A DNA stretch of 63,885 nt from Gracilinanus agilis (taxonomy: Eukaryota): the NCBI RefSeq assembly GCF_016433145.1, contig NC_058136.1, positions 20,184,921 through 20,248,805 on the forward strand, read 5' to 3'. Each line of letters begins with the position of its first letter. Positions within the stretch are counted from its first letter, which is position 1. Below are positions 45,191 to 57,548 of the stretch, in pieces. Under the pieces are notes generated by a model, which had not been told where the DNA came from, did not search any database, and saw only the letters and a program-made list of their open reading frames with translations. Made by a program: the position numbers and the translations under genes.

Positions 45191-47737
45191 CACAGGAGTG
45201 ATCTTGGGCACTAGATTTCTGACTCTATTACAATAGCCTGGGGTAGAAGGGGCAGGAGAAGCTGGAATGCGACAATCTTCTTGCGTCTGTGACTTTGCTC
45301 CTAGACTCTGTGACGTTCAGATGGTGGTGGTGATCACAGGAGATGAGATGATATTTGGGAGTGGTGCTGAAGAATGGCCGGGCCTCCGACGAGCTCCTTC
45401 CCTACTATTACCATCATTGCCTAGTGGCAAATTACACACAGCTTCCTGAAGTATGCAGGTACCCAGCCTTCTTAAGCAATGAAAGACAGCAAAAGTTCCC
45501 AAGTCTTTGCCAGTTTCAGCTTCCATTTCAGACCACACCGAAAGTAAAGCTTACTCTGAGGCCTTTTCGACTCTAGACTCTCCCCCTCCCCTTTGCCCCA
45601 TCCTCATTTTCCTCCGATGCTTTGCATTGTGCCACTTTCCTACTGGCCATCGTTGGTCATATCAAAAGCAAATGCCTCATTCCCCCTCCCAAGGTCTGCC
45701 ACAATCTCTTCTCACCAGAGAGCCATGGAACTAGCTTCATAGGATCATCCATGGGTCGCCGAAAAGGGCCTTACAGGCTATTCCAGCTCCCTCATTTTAT
45801 AGAGGAGGAAACTGAGTCCCGGACAAGTGAAACGATATGCTCAGAGTCACACAGCCAGTGAGTGGCAGAGTTTGGATTTGAACCGAAGTCTTCTGACTCC
45901 ACATCCAGTATGCTTTTCACCGTACCAGGTTGAGGAGGAGACGACACCTCATATTAACATGTATCGTGTGTGTTCGTCTAGTTAGAGTAGTTTAGTAAAA
46001 GCTTGACTATGATAGTTGTCGTCTCATCTTCTATGGTTCCTGGTTTCTTCAATGGCACCACTCACATGTCATCAGCCAATGGCGATGCATCTTTCATCCA
46101 TCCAGCCACAGAAGTCTACTCTAGTGCTGCCGAGTACTGTCACCCCTGTGTGACTATGTGGCATCGCCTCACCCTACCCCTGCCTTTGGCTGTCTCATTC
46201 TCTCCCATGACTTCCCTACCAAGAGAGCCATCCCAGGTGTAAGGAATAGGAGGAGGAAAATGACTCCCTGTATGAATTGGGCTACTCAGCATTCCAGCCC
46301 CCTGGTCCTTCAGCTCTCCAGGGGAGTTACATTTGCTTCTCTCTCCTTTGGGTGCTATGAGGAGACAGACAAAGTTTCCATTGCGAACTACAGATCCTTG
46401 GAGAAATGATCTCCCCTATTGGGAGCGACATTTCTTGGAAGCGTGGACTGCTCGTGCCTTTCTTCACACCCTCAGCATGCCTGGGACATAGGATGTACTT
46501 AACAAATGCTCACTGACTCACCCTAGAGTGGAGAATTTTCTGACCCTGAAAATCAAGAAGATCTGAGTTCAAGTTCTGCCTCTGGCACACACTGACTGTG
46601 TGACCCTGGGCAAGTCACTTAACTGCCAAGCAACCTAGGCAGCTCTTCTAAGACTCTTAAGTTTCAGAGAAGACGCTGAGCTGCGTTGGCAGAAGGCATT
46701 CTTTGTGCTAAATCATCAATCAGAAGTTCAGCTTTTATCATCCAAACAGATTTAAAAGCCTCTATTGCATCTTTCTCCCCATCCCCCCCAACATGATCCC
46801 TAACGACTGCTGTTCTGCCTGGCTCCCGGACCATCTCTGCTCTCTGCTCCCCTGGGAAGGGCTTTCCTGTTAAAATTTTGCCTTTGCTAATCTGAGGAAG
46901 GTTGGCTTTCTGGGTCAGCCGAGACGGTGGACATGGTGTGACATGAGACACAAGACCTTAGCAGGCCCAGGCAGTCCATTCAACTCATGCCAGGGCTGGA
47001 GCACTCCTTAGGAAAACAAAAACAAGAGGGATGTCTCCAGTGGACCCCTGGCAAGACGCCTGGGCTCAGACAAGAAAACGCCGCTGAGCCGAGCAGCTGG
47101 GCCTGCCATCAGAAAGGCAATCCGGGCGCAAATTAAAGGCTCCCAGGGAACGCTTTCCAAGCTAGCTGAAAGAGGGGCAAATTCCCCCAGAAGACAGAAG
47201 ATCACGGACAACATTAATGCCATAAAAAGGTGACTGAGGCGCAACCCTCCTCTAGCGGTTCCTGCGTCTGCTTTCCCATGGCTATAAAATCTTTATGAGA
47301 GTGAGCTATCCAGGCATTAAGGGCTCACAAGGTCCCCGACCAAGGGCTAGAAGGGACCCCCAAGGCCATGGGGTTCCTACCACCCTCATTTTCTAGAGGA
47401 CGAACGTGGTGCTGAAAGAATGGAAGCGACTTGCCCAGGATCACACAGCTAGGAAATGTTGGAGCTGGGATTTGAGCTTGGCTCAGAGACCTTGAAGACA
47501 ATTCTTGTAAGGGCAACAGGAAGGCTTTTTGCAAAGAATTTCCCCAAACAGTCACACATTTGAGTGAGATTTGGGGAATATGGGATCCCACTGGGTTTAT
47601 TATTTAGTGACTCTAAAAAGCATTTGACTCATTAGAACAAAATGAAGCCTTGAGGGGCCTGCCTTTCCTAGGCATGTCGCAAGCACATGTTAAGATCAAA
47701 TTTGTAAGGTGCCATAAAATGAACAGTTATTATCATT

Positions 47738-47976
47738 GGGCCGCTAGGTGGCATGGTGAATAGGGTGCTGAATCTGAAGTTAAGAAGACCCGAATTCGAA
47801 TGTGGCCTCAGACACTTGCTGACTGAGTGACCCTGGGCAAGTCACTTCACTCTGTTTGCCTCAGTTTCCTCCTCAGTTGGATGAGCTGGAGCAAGAAATG
47901 ACAAAGCCCTCCAGTTTCTTTGCTAAGAATACCCCAAATGGGGTTGTGAAGAGGCATACATGACTGAACAACAACA
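47738..47976 (+). mobile_element. Mar1 CORE-SINE with RTE tail
   Basis: gggccgctaggtggc...gagctggagcaagaaatgacaaagc...accccaaatgggg...tgactgaacaacaacaa. Confidence 0.88.
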
Positions 47977-48474
47977 AATGATTGATCGATCACTAGCCAA
48001 GCGACAAGTGAACACTTTTACGAAGCTCCTTCTATGTGCCAGGCACTGTGCTGAGTGTCCAGGATACAGAGGAAAAGCGAGAGTGGTCCTTGGTTTTGGG
48101 GAGCTCGTATTCAGATGAATATGACCAATCAAAATAGATTTCTTACAAATTCAGTAAGTATTTAAAATGCCATTCTGGGGAAGATCAGCAGTGATTTCTT
48201 GGTAGATGCAGCCACAACACTACTCCACTTATCAAGAGTAAGCAGGGCTTTATGGGAGCCATATGTTCGCCCAAGGGATTGGCCACAGTCCAAGAGGGTA
48301 TTCTGCTCAGAGTCCACACAGAAGAAGCATTCCCTAGAGATGTCCAAGTTCTCTAGGAGTTCCTATGCGGAAGGACTTCCTACTAATTGCATCAAGCTCC
48401 GGAGCAGCCCAGACCCCCTTCTGAGCTAGCCGTGGCCTAACTAACAATCCACATAGCTAGGAAACCCAATAGAT

Positions 48475-48490
48475 GACCATCTAGTGGCCA
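48475..48490 (-). promoter_or_regulatory. Candidate CTCF motif in unique sequence
   Basis: Reverse complement TGGCCACTAGATGGTC differs from the core consensus at one key position. Confidence 0.35.
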
Positions 48491-48724
48491 GACTAAGGAA
48501 TGGCCCATCGAGTCAGTAAAGTAGTATGTTCTTTCCTCAGATGCTGCAGGAGGACGGCGAACCAGAACCAGATCTGAGGGGAAGGAGAGCAGGCAGGACA
48601 GCATTCAGGAAGAGGAAAGTGGCCGTCTCTTTCAGTGATTCCCTAGCTGCCTCCTACCACCAACTTTGACAGTCTCATGGAGATGAAGAATGGGGAATCT
48701 CAGAACAAAAATGGCAATAGGAAG

Positions 48725-48920
48725 ATGTGTAACAGGGCAGTATGGTTCAGTGAAAAGTACATTGGCTCTGGAGTCAGAGGGCCTGGGTTCTAATCCTAAT
48801 TATAATGTGTGCCACCTTGGGCAAGTCACCTTAAGACCCTGGGCCTCAGTTTCCTCATTTGTAAAATGAAGGGTTTAGACTAGTTGGCCTCTGGGGTACT
48901 TTTTAGTTTCACATCCAAGT
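48725..48920 (+). mobile_element. MIR/CORE-SINE
   Basis: ggctctggagtcagagg...ccttgggcaagtca...gggcctcagtttcctcatttgtaaaatga. Confidence 0.85.
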
Positions 48921-49487
48921 CTTTGAATCTGTGGTTCTTTCTGTTCCCATGTCTCAGGCAATCCCTGCCCATAAAGCTTTGGCTAATACCAAAGGAGGCC
49001 AAAAGCTGGGATAGAAATGACATAGAGGGTGGCTAGCATGAAGACTTTTGGAGGAAAAGGGAACGATCAGAGAAGACAAATGTGGCAAGTGCATTGCACA
49101 GAGAGAGCCCGCTTCTGACCTTGGGCCTTTTTTGCTTGATGAATGGAAGGCTAGATCTCGGGGCAGAACCCAGGCTATGGGATAACAACGTCTGGAGATG
49201 TCTAGATCTGATCATCCAGCAGCTGGGATTTTCCAGAGGAGGAACAAATGGCCGAGTCCCTATTGCCCAAGATAGGGTTTGAGTCCCAGATAGAGAACAG
49301 TCAAGCTACTTGGGGTTCCAAGTCCCTCAACCAAATGGAAATAGACCCTGAAGGAGGCCTTGAGCAGAATAATGACTTGGGTCAGGAGAGGCATTCGTTA
49401 ATTTCGGCATCAGCTTTATGAACTGCTTTTGTCACAACTGTGAGAAGGAGGGAACATCACACCTGCTATTCTCATTTTATAGGTGAG

Positions 49488-49520
49488 ATATATATATATA
49501 CATATATATACATATATATA
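49488..49520. repeat. (TA)n/(TATACA) low-complexity repeat
   Basis: Directly visible. Confidence 0.9.
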
Positions 49521-49589
49521 CAGAGACGTTAAAAGACTTGCTCAGCAAGGAAGTAACAAAGCCAAGATTCAAACTTGGGTCATAAAATT

Positions 49590-49662
49590 CATGGAGTTTG
49601 TGATTTTCTAAGTCAACATATGATCCGCAGTGATCCATTTCCTTTTGAGTTTGACACCACTG
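49590..49662 (-). mobile_element. One-ended hAT MITE fragment (family E)
   Basis: Reverse complement begins cagtggtgtcaaactcaaaaggaaatggatc...ttgacttagaaaa, a hAT-type terminus; the other end was not found. Confidence 0.55.
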
Positions 49663-50369
49663 GGCTGGATGATAATTTCCCCCTCTGCTTCCAGGTATGA
49701 GCCATTCCTTCTCCTTGGGCCTTATTTTTTCCCTCTGAGGTACCTTTCAGTTCTGGGTCTTACATGAGGACATTAAGTATCTCTGAATTCATTAATGTAA
49801 CCTAGATCAGAATGCCTCCAGGCCTTAGTGGATTTGAGGTGCTCTGCCAGCTTGTGGCCCAACTTTTAGCGAGAGGCAGGGCATTCCAACTCCCAGTCTA
49901 GGCCTCAGTTTCCTCCTCTATAAAACGAGGGGGCTGGATTTGATGACTTCCGAGACCTCTTTTAGCTCCGAATCTCTGATCCTATGACTCTCCCAAGTTG
50001 GCTAGGCAGCCGACACTTGAGCCCCCACTTTGAGCAAACTTGCTTTAAGGTCTGCAGAGCACATTCCATCCACGTTCCATAGCATCAGAAACAGGTCCAC
50101 TGCATCTTTGCTTTCTTGCCATGATCAATTCCATATTCAACTAAGTCTCCTTTGGGGCATTGAGCGAGCCACATCTAACCTCCAAGTGTTGTCTTCCTTT
50201 ACCCCAGGCCTTATACAAGGCCCGCCAAAGATTAGTCCCCCAAGGCCGGCAACAACCTAATGGATAGGAAAGTCTCTGTTTCCCACGCCTGAAACACAGC
50301 ACACCAAACTGAGCATGAGTATGGGCTTCTGTGGACTGTATGAATTATTGGGAAGTGGTTTGTGTTCAG

Positions 50370-50840
50370 AAGACCACTTGCTCTCATGGTACAATGGAAA
50401 GAACAATGGATTTTGGGATGGAGGACCCAAATTCAGAATCTCCTCTGCCCAAGTACCGTATGACCCCCGGCAAGTCTCTTCATGTTTCCAGGTCTTGGTT
50501 TCATTGGGTGTAAAACAGAGGGACTGGATTAGATGGCCACTAAGGCCTTTTTCAGTTCTAAATATATGAGCTCTTCTCCCGGCCCAGACTCGTAACCTGC
50601 TATACCAAGCTAACTTTTTACTGACTTGAATTCTAAATGGTAATAATATGGCTCTTCTTGCTGTAAGACAAGACTCAAAACAACCCTTCGAGGTGTGTGC
50701 TGCTATTATTATTATTATTATTAGTCCCATTTTTTCAGATGAGGGAACTGAGCTGCCAAGAGGTTGATTTGCTCAGAGAATTCAAGTGACTTAAGGTGGG
50801 GATTGAACCGAGCTCTTCCCAGTTCCAGTCCTCTTCCCCA
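50370..50840. mobile_element. Two MIR/CORE-SINEs (+ at ~50370-50570, - at ~50650-50840)
   Basis: Core phrases ggcaagtc...tgtaaaa...ggactggattagatg and cccattttttcagatgagggaactgag. Confidence 0.75.
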
Positions 50841-51742
50841 TAATGTCATGCCTCCTTTGCCCAGGGAGAGCATTCCTTGGATTATAGCTCTAAGAGTCCA
50901 CCCCCATCCCAGCAGCAGGAGTCTCTCCAGGCTGGCAGGACCTTCTGGGACTCCTCCTTCATGGGCACAGCCTTTGAAAGCTTTGAAAGCATTCCCTCTT
51001 TGCCATGATGAGGAGTCAGAAGAGGACTTGAGTGGAACGTCCTGTTCTGGCAGTCAATCAGCTATTCAGGCCCATTCTTAAATAGCAGCTCTCGGCAGGT
51101 GGCCATTTGACAGTTCACCTTTACTGCCCACAGTGCCATAGACTGGATGTGTTATTCACTTTCAAAATGCAAGCCCCTCGCTGAATTCCAATGACTTGGT
51201 TAGAACCAAAGGCCACACAAAGGGGAGTCGGAGGCGCGTTCTCCTTTCTGCTTTAGTCTGGCGGGGCCAGCTTTCTGCAGAGGCAAGACAGGTGGGATTC
51301 TGGGAAGACTCTTGGCTGCTCCTGGAGCTGCCACTCTGAAGCCATTGCCCATTTAGCTTCATTTGATCAATTGTTATTATTGTCGGAGAAAGTGTGATAT
51401 TGTGGATAGAGAGCCAGCCCCAAAGCCTGGGCCTCCGGTCCTGCCTCTGACACACACTGGTCATGCACCTCTGGGCAAGGTATTTGGCCCCTTTCCACTC
51501 TAGACAGCCCTCTAAAATGCTGACTTGCCCTAGGAGAGGGAGTTTTCTCATCCTGGAGGTCCTTACACGAATGAAATCATAGGTCCAGTCTTCCGACCCA
51601 TTATTATTGTTAATGCCTAGATGAGTTTGTAAGGGAAAAAACACTGCCAAGGGTTGTGATCACGAAGCTATGAGATGGCCAGAACTCTTACAGGTCTAAA
51701 ATTCATCCACGCCGTGACTTTATATGGTTTTTACTAAATAAG

Positions 51743-51982
51743 AGGTGTGCAGTGGTTAGAGATCTGCGCCCAAACTCAGGAGGACTTGAGTTCAAATATG
51801 GCCTCAGACATTTCATAGCTGTGTGACTCTGGGCAAGTCACTCCACTCTGTTGACTTTGGTTCCCTCGTCTACCAAATGAGCTGGAGAAGGAAATGGCAA
51901 ACTCCTTCACAGTCTTTGCCAAGAAAACCCCAAATGGGATCACGATCAGTCGGACACAACACAAATGACTGAAAAACATCAA
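51743..51982 (+). mobile_element. Mar1 CORE-SINE with RTE tail
   Basis: gagctggagaaggaaatggcaaactcc...tctttgccaagaaaaccccaaatggg...cggacac...gactgaa. Confidence 0.9.
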
Positions 51983-52279
51983 AATGGTAGCTCATTAGGA
52001 TGGCGCCTAGGGCTTGTTAAAGTGCCTTACAAACCTTATGTAGTTTGTTCTTCATGACAACCTTGTGAGGAAGGCATTGGCATTATCCCTATTTTACAGC
52101 TGACAGAAGTTAAGTGACTTGCCCAGGGTCACACAGCCAGTGGATGTCTGAAGCAGGATTCAGATTCAGGCCTTCCTGACTTCAGGCCTAGCACTCTGCC
52201 CACTGTACCACTGAAGGGCCCCACATGCTCTTTAGAAGTCTACAGCAGAATTCTGTTCCTCATGGGAGACTGGGGGAAT

Positions 52280-52640
52280 ATACGGGTTGAAGACCTGAGT
52301 CAACATCAACTTGAACGAGGTCTTGTTGAACTTGCAGATGTCACAAAACTAGGAGGAATAATTAGCACAACGGCTGGAAGAGTTAGTCAGTATCTCAAAA
52401 AGTTCTCCGGAGACTCAGATGTTTTGGCCAAATGGGACGGGATGAGATTTTAGAAGGACCAAACCGACAGTTGGAATCAATTGCCTGACTCTAGAATGGA
52501 AGATGTGGACGAGGTGATAAGAGAACTGGAGGTTATTCCATCTGCACATCAGCGAAGGGCATAGAGATGTTTAGAAGAGACCATTCTGAGGGAAATCATG
52601 GTAGCTGCCTTTGAGTATTTGAAGAGCCCTGCTTGGCCTG
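52280..52640 (+). mobile_element. CR1/L3 RT relic
   Basis: Translation LVELADVTKLGGII...AKWDGMRF (cf. KFADDTKLGG...W...MKF). Confidence 0.75.
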
Positions 52641-53369
52641 GAGGTAGCTGGGCAGGGAAGAAGGAGCCGCCTTGAGATATGGCCATGGGAGGGGAGAAAG
52701 CCTTCTGGTAACTTCTTATTTTCCCTAATTATTCTTGCCACCTGGCTCATACGATCCTCAGTTTTGACCTGGGGCGGACCATGGGGTCCAATCCCCTCAT
52801 TTCACAGAGAAGGAGCCCTAGATCTAAGGAAATAAAGTGTACTTACTTGCCCAGGGTCAGACAGTAAATGTGCAAAGGAGGTGCTACACTCCTAAAGAGA
52901 GAGGCAGCGTGGCGCAGGGCCTCGACTTGGGGTTAGGAAGACAAGGTTCAAATGCCACTTGAAACATTTCTTAAGTAGATGTCTAGGTGAGCCACTCACC
53001 TTGTGTCTCAGTTTTGTCATCTATAAAATGAGAGTTGGACTCCATGGCCTCTAAGATACCTTCAGGCTCCAGAGCGCTGATCCTGTCATCCTATGATCAG
53101 AATGACCTTTTGCAAGTCACTTAACCTTTGTGTACCTCCGTTTCTTCACGTGTAAAATGAGGAGATTAGACTAGATGACCCCTGAGACCTCTGCTGTCTA
53201 CAAATCTATGATCATATGACTACGAGTGCATCTTCTCAGTTGCTGTGCCATGGACAAAGCCCAGGTCACTCCACCCTTGTTACAGCTCTGCTAACAAGTG
53301 AAATCTAGCCTTTGCTTGAAGGCCTTGGAGACTTTCTACTTCTTCAGACATACCAGATTTAGTCATTTG

Positions 53370-53690
53370 TTCACCAATCACTAATTAGGTTCCTCCTATG
53401 AAGCAGGCCCTGGGATAGCTTCTGAGGACTTGAAGGGAAAGAACGAGACTGTCCTTGTCCTCACAGAGCTCACGTTGTCTTGTAGGATTGGGGGCAGAGA
53501 ACGGCACGTATGCCGATAGTCAATACAGACTACAGACCAAGTAGTTTCAGTTGGAGATAGACCGTGAGGGTACTAACAACTGGGGAATACAGAAAAGCTT
53601 CTTTTATAAGGTGAGGCTTAAGCTGGCCCTTGAAAGGAACTAGGGATTCTTAAAGATGGAAGTGAGGAGGGAGAGCATTCTAGGCACTTC
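53370..53690 (-). mobile_element. L2 3' region relic
   Basis: gtccttgtcctcacagagctcac...ggcccttgaaaggaactagggatt...gtgaggagggagagcattctagg. Confidence 0.7.
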
Positions 53691-55047
53691 AAATCATTCT
53701 CAGGTATCATGGGACTTAGTGGTTAAAGGGACCTCAGAGATCTTTGAGTCTCATTCTCATTTTACAGATGAAAAAACAGAGGTCCTGAGAGTTAAAGAGA
53801 CTTGCCCAATGTCATAAATTGGGTAAGCATGTAAGGTGGAATTTGAACCAAGGTCCTCTGACTCCAGAACTGCTATAGTTCTTCCTGTTGGGCCACACTG
53901 CCAGCCATTCCACGTTAGGACTAGCCCTAACCATTATAAAGGTCTCTCATACCAAATAGCCCACTCCTGTTTTTTCTTCCTATTTTCCCCATTTTGCTCC
54001 TCTCCAGAAACACGTGGCTTGTCTCATGTTGACCTTCTTCTTCCCGCTGTTTTCACAACTCCCCTCTCAGCTGTCTAAAATGTTCCAGGCACTCTTTGCC
54101 TCTCTTTTCTTCACCTAGCTCTTTTGTCATTCTTCCCGCCTCATTCTGGGACTCTATAAAACCAGTGTAACTTTGATACAACATGCACCGAAGAGACATC
54201 TGTAGTGGGATCAAATCTACAAAGCTGAAGGATTCTTGAATCCTGCAAAGGGCCAGGGTGAGCAAGGATGCGAGTTTGGGACACAAGAGAGAAGGTTGAC
54301 TTGCTTTCCAAAGTGGAAAACCAAGCCTCGCCAAGGCTGGCTAGCCCTAATTCTTGTTGCACAGTGGAAGAGCACATGGGAACCAAGGAACCTCTGACTG
54401 AATTGCTTCTACGTGTCTTGTTAGGAAGGGTCCAGGACAGAGATGCAGCACTCTTAGCCTTAGCCACACCCCATGCACCACAGAAAGTGGCTGGGACATG
54501 GGCTCAGCTCTATGCCTTCTCCATGGGATGAACGCCATTCCAACTGCCTGCTCCACCAAATAGGTGAAGCTTATGTACAGTGAAGAAGTAGCTCGCCTTG
54601 TCATGGAGGCAAATTGAACATCATCTATTCTCTAAAAAAACTTCCTCCTGGCCTTCCTTCCTCAACTAGAATCTAGCCTTTATGCAAGGGTGGCGTAGTA
54701 CCTTGAAAGGAACCAGAGCAGAAGATGGCTGGGGTCGTTAACCCACTGATTTGTTTCCCTGGCCTTTCTTACTTTCTTAATGGAACTGCTTCTTTTACAC
54801 CATGCAGACATGCTGGTTTCGAAACTCTGGGGCCAAATTTAATTGATATTGATCTGGGCTAGAAAATAATTGCACTGATTTGTTCAATCACAAATGAATT
54901 CATGTATAGAAAGCACTTTATTTCCACTAGAAGAAAAATGTATGGAAAACTGCTTCCTCAGGTGGTGATGGGAATCCCCTTGATTGTTTGGGGGCTTTTT
55001 ATCTTTGTATCCTCAGCAGCTAGCACAGTGCCTGGCACATCTTAGGT

Positions 55048-55536
55048 CAGTGATGGTGAACCTATGGTACAGGTGCCAAAGATGGCACATAGAGTGCTCT
55101 CAAAGGCACCCTCCTCCCCACCCCCATCCCCAGAGAAGGCAGAGAGACTCAGGCAGAGCTGTTCCCCTCCCCTTCTCCATCATGCTTGATGACATTGTTT
55201 CACATCCCCCACTCCTCTGCCCAGCAGCCCCATGGAAGGGCATAGAGAGTAAGGTGGATGGCTCACAGGAGGCAGAGCTGGAGGGGAGCAGAGTGCTCAG
55301 GCCACTCCTCTCCCCCCCTCTATACTAGCTGAGGATAGTCCTCACTTCACGGGCTCCTCCACCCAGCAGCCCAAAGGGAGCGCTTCCTCCCTCCCCTGTG
55401 TGGGGTAAGGGGTGGGGCATGCCCAGCACTTGGCTGGGGAGGGGGGGAAGAGGGAGAGGGGCCTGGAATGCATTCTCTTGTGGGAGGTAGGCATGGCACT
55501 TGGTCTGGGGGTGGGGTCTGGCACTCTGGCTCACTA
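55048..55536 (+). mobile_element. hAT MITE family B, long variant, inserted into an L2 tail
   Basis: Left TIR cagtgatggtgaacctatgg; right end degenerate (tcacta); flanks tcttaggt / ccttagtt; the L2 tail resumes after it. Confidence 0.85.
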
Positions 55537-55683
55537 CCTTAGTTGCTTATAAAATGTGTGTTCAATGAATGAATGACCATAACAAGTATCCATCACAAAA
55601 CCAGGTCAATAGTTTTTTTTGACTCATCTAACAAAAGGAGTATCATACATTTAGATGTCGTCTTTTCCTAGAATCCTTGAGAA

Positions 55684-55926
55684 GGGCAGCTAGGTGGCAC
55701 AGAGGATAGAGAACCAGGCCTGGAGTCAGGAAGACTTGAGACCAAATCCAGTCTCATACTCTTTTTGTGTGATCTTGGACAAGTCACCTCACCCTGTTTG
55801 CCTCAGTTTTCTCATCTGGAAAATGAGCTGGAGAAGGAAATGAGGAATGAATCCAGTATCTTTGCCAAGAAAACTCCAAATGGAGCCATTAAGAGTCAGA
55901 CATAACTAAAATTGACTGAACCACAA
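55684..55926 (+). mobile_element. Mar1 CORE-SINE with RTE tail
   Basis: gggcagctaggtggcacag...gagctggagaaggaaatg...ccagtatctttgccaagaaaactccaaatgg. Confidence 0.9.
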
Positions 55927-56489
55927 TGACAAGAATCTTTGAAGACAGTTAGTATGTTTTCTCCTTGAATCTTCTCTTTCAAACTTCCCTGTTTCCTTCA
56001 TCTGATCCTCCTGTGGCCAACTTTCCAGTCCCATTACTATGCCTGTGTGCCTCCCTGACTCCTAGTGTCTCTCCCATTTTTGCTTTTTCCTTTGTTCTTT
56101 TAAAAGTCTATCTTGGTAGCTTTGGCCCAAGTGTTCTAGTCTCTTGAGATGTTTTTGGATCCTGACTCGGCCATACACTGTGGTAGTTATTGGCCTCCCT
56201 CAGTTTAGTATCTTTCCTTTCTCTTTAAACTTCAAGGAGGTGGGTGCAAATGTCTCCCTCAGTCCCCACGCATGAATGTCCCAATACATATCACAAATTC
56301 AGGCGGAGGAACCCGAGCCTCTCTAACTTCCAACATTAGGATTGGATGATCTTTGCCCAAAGAGATACCCCCTGCCAATTTAGGGGCTAACAAAGCACAC
56401 ACCGTTGTTTCTTATTGGCAAGAATCATTCAAACCACCCAGACTACTGGTTACCACTGTTGCCTTTTCACTCAGCTTGGGTAGGGCCAT

Positions 56490-56870
56490 AGGGTCATCAT
56501 TTTAGGGACCTCAGAGACCATGTAGTTCAAGCCTCTCACTTGACAGAGGAGGAAACCGAGGCCCACGATGGAGAAGGGACTTGTCTAAGTTCATCTACAT
56601 AGTAAGGAGCAGAGACAAGATTAGGACCCCAATCCTCTGACTCCTAATACCATTGTAGAAAATGAATGAAGTGTGGGATATCCCCATTACCTCAGAGAGG
56701 CAGCACAGTACACTGGAAAAAGCAATAAATATGGAGTTGGAGGACTTGGATTCAAATCCTACGTCTGAAACTCCATTTGTGACCTTGGATGAGTCTCATT
56801 CCCCTCTCTGGACCTGAGTTTCTTCCTTTGTAGTTGGACTTGATCTCTGCCAGTTCTGCATCCTGTGATC
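56490..56870. mobile_element. Two MIR fragments
   Basis: gggacctcagagaccat...ggaaaccgaggccc and ggatt caaatcct...gtgaccttgg...ggacctgagtttc core phrases. Confidence 0.7.
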
Positions 56871-57348
56871 CCTGAGAATAACTTAATGTGGTCATGCTAT
56901 AGATCCTGGCAGCCAACCCTTCAGTGCTCACCTCCATCCCCCATCAGACTCCCAAGGCTTGGGGGCCCCCATCCAAGGGAGACTCTGCCAAGACCATCCT
57001 GTGTACTGTGACGCCTGTTAGTGGAGCCCTAGGTCTGTCGAGGATGTGAATGGTGAAGAGGAGAAATCAGGTCTTCACTTCAGTAAAGGGGAAGCAGGAG
57101 ATAATCTTTATTGCATACTAAAAGAACACTCAGGGAAACGGTAGCTAATACAGTAGTTTTATGAACATGTGCGTCATTAAAAATTGTAATTAAGTGAACT
57201 CCCCGAGCACCAATAATGAAGCCTAATGAAGTCTTTTTGAAGAGTGCTCAGCGCAAATCCCACATTGCTGAAGAATGTGTGATAGCATCGATGATGGAGG
57301 CCAAGGGATCAACGGCAGCCATTGGCCACTGATTGGGATTGTCTAGGG

Positions 57349-57548
57349 CAGTGATGGGCAAACTATGGCCCGCGGGCCACATGCAGCCCCCTGAAATGTT
57401 CTATCCTGCCACACATTATTCCTAATCTGATGAATACAATGAGTAGGATGCAGTACAGTGAAACTTCAAAAGAGTTGCCTTAGAAACAGACTGACAGAGG
57501 AGCATTTCCTTTCCTTTGGCCCCTCTTTAAAGAGTTTGCCCATCACTG
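57349..57548. mobile_element. hAT MITE family D (200 bp), intact
   Basis: Perfect 16-bp TIR cagtgatgggcaaact / agtttgcccatcactg; perfect TSD gtctaggg (57341-57348, 57549-57556). Confidence 0.97.

Noticed and set aside
51131-51140. miR-183-like 5' end on the minus strand (TATGGCACTG)
   Set aside because: The rest of the mature sequence and the hairpin do not match
54268-54531. Helical-looking 87-aa ORF (PLTELLLRVLLGRVQDRDAALLALA)
   Set aside because: No family recognised, no convincing splice sites, and length within chance expectation
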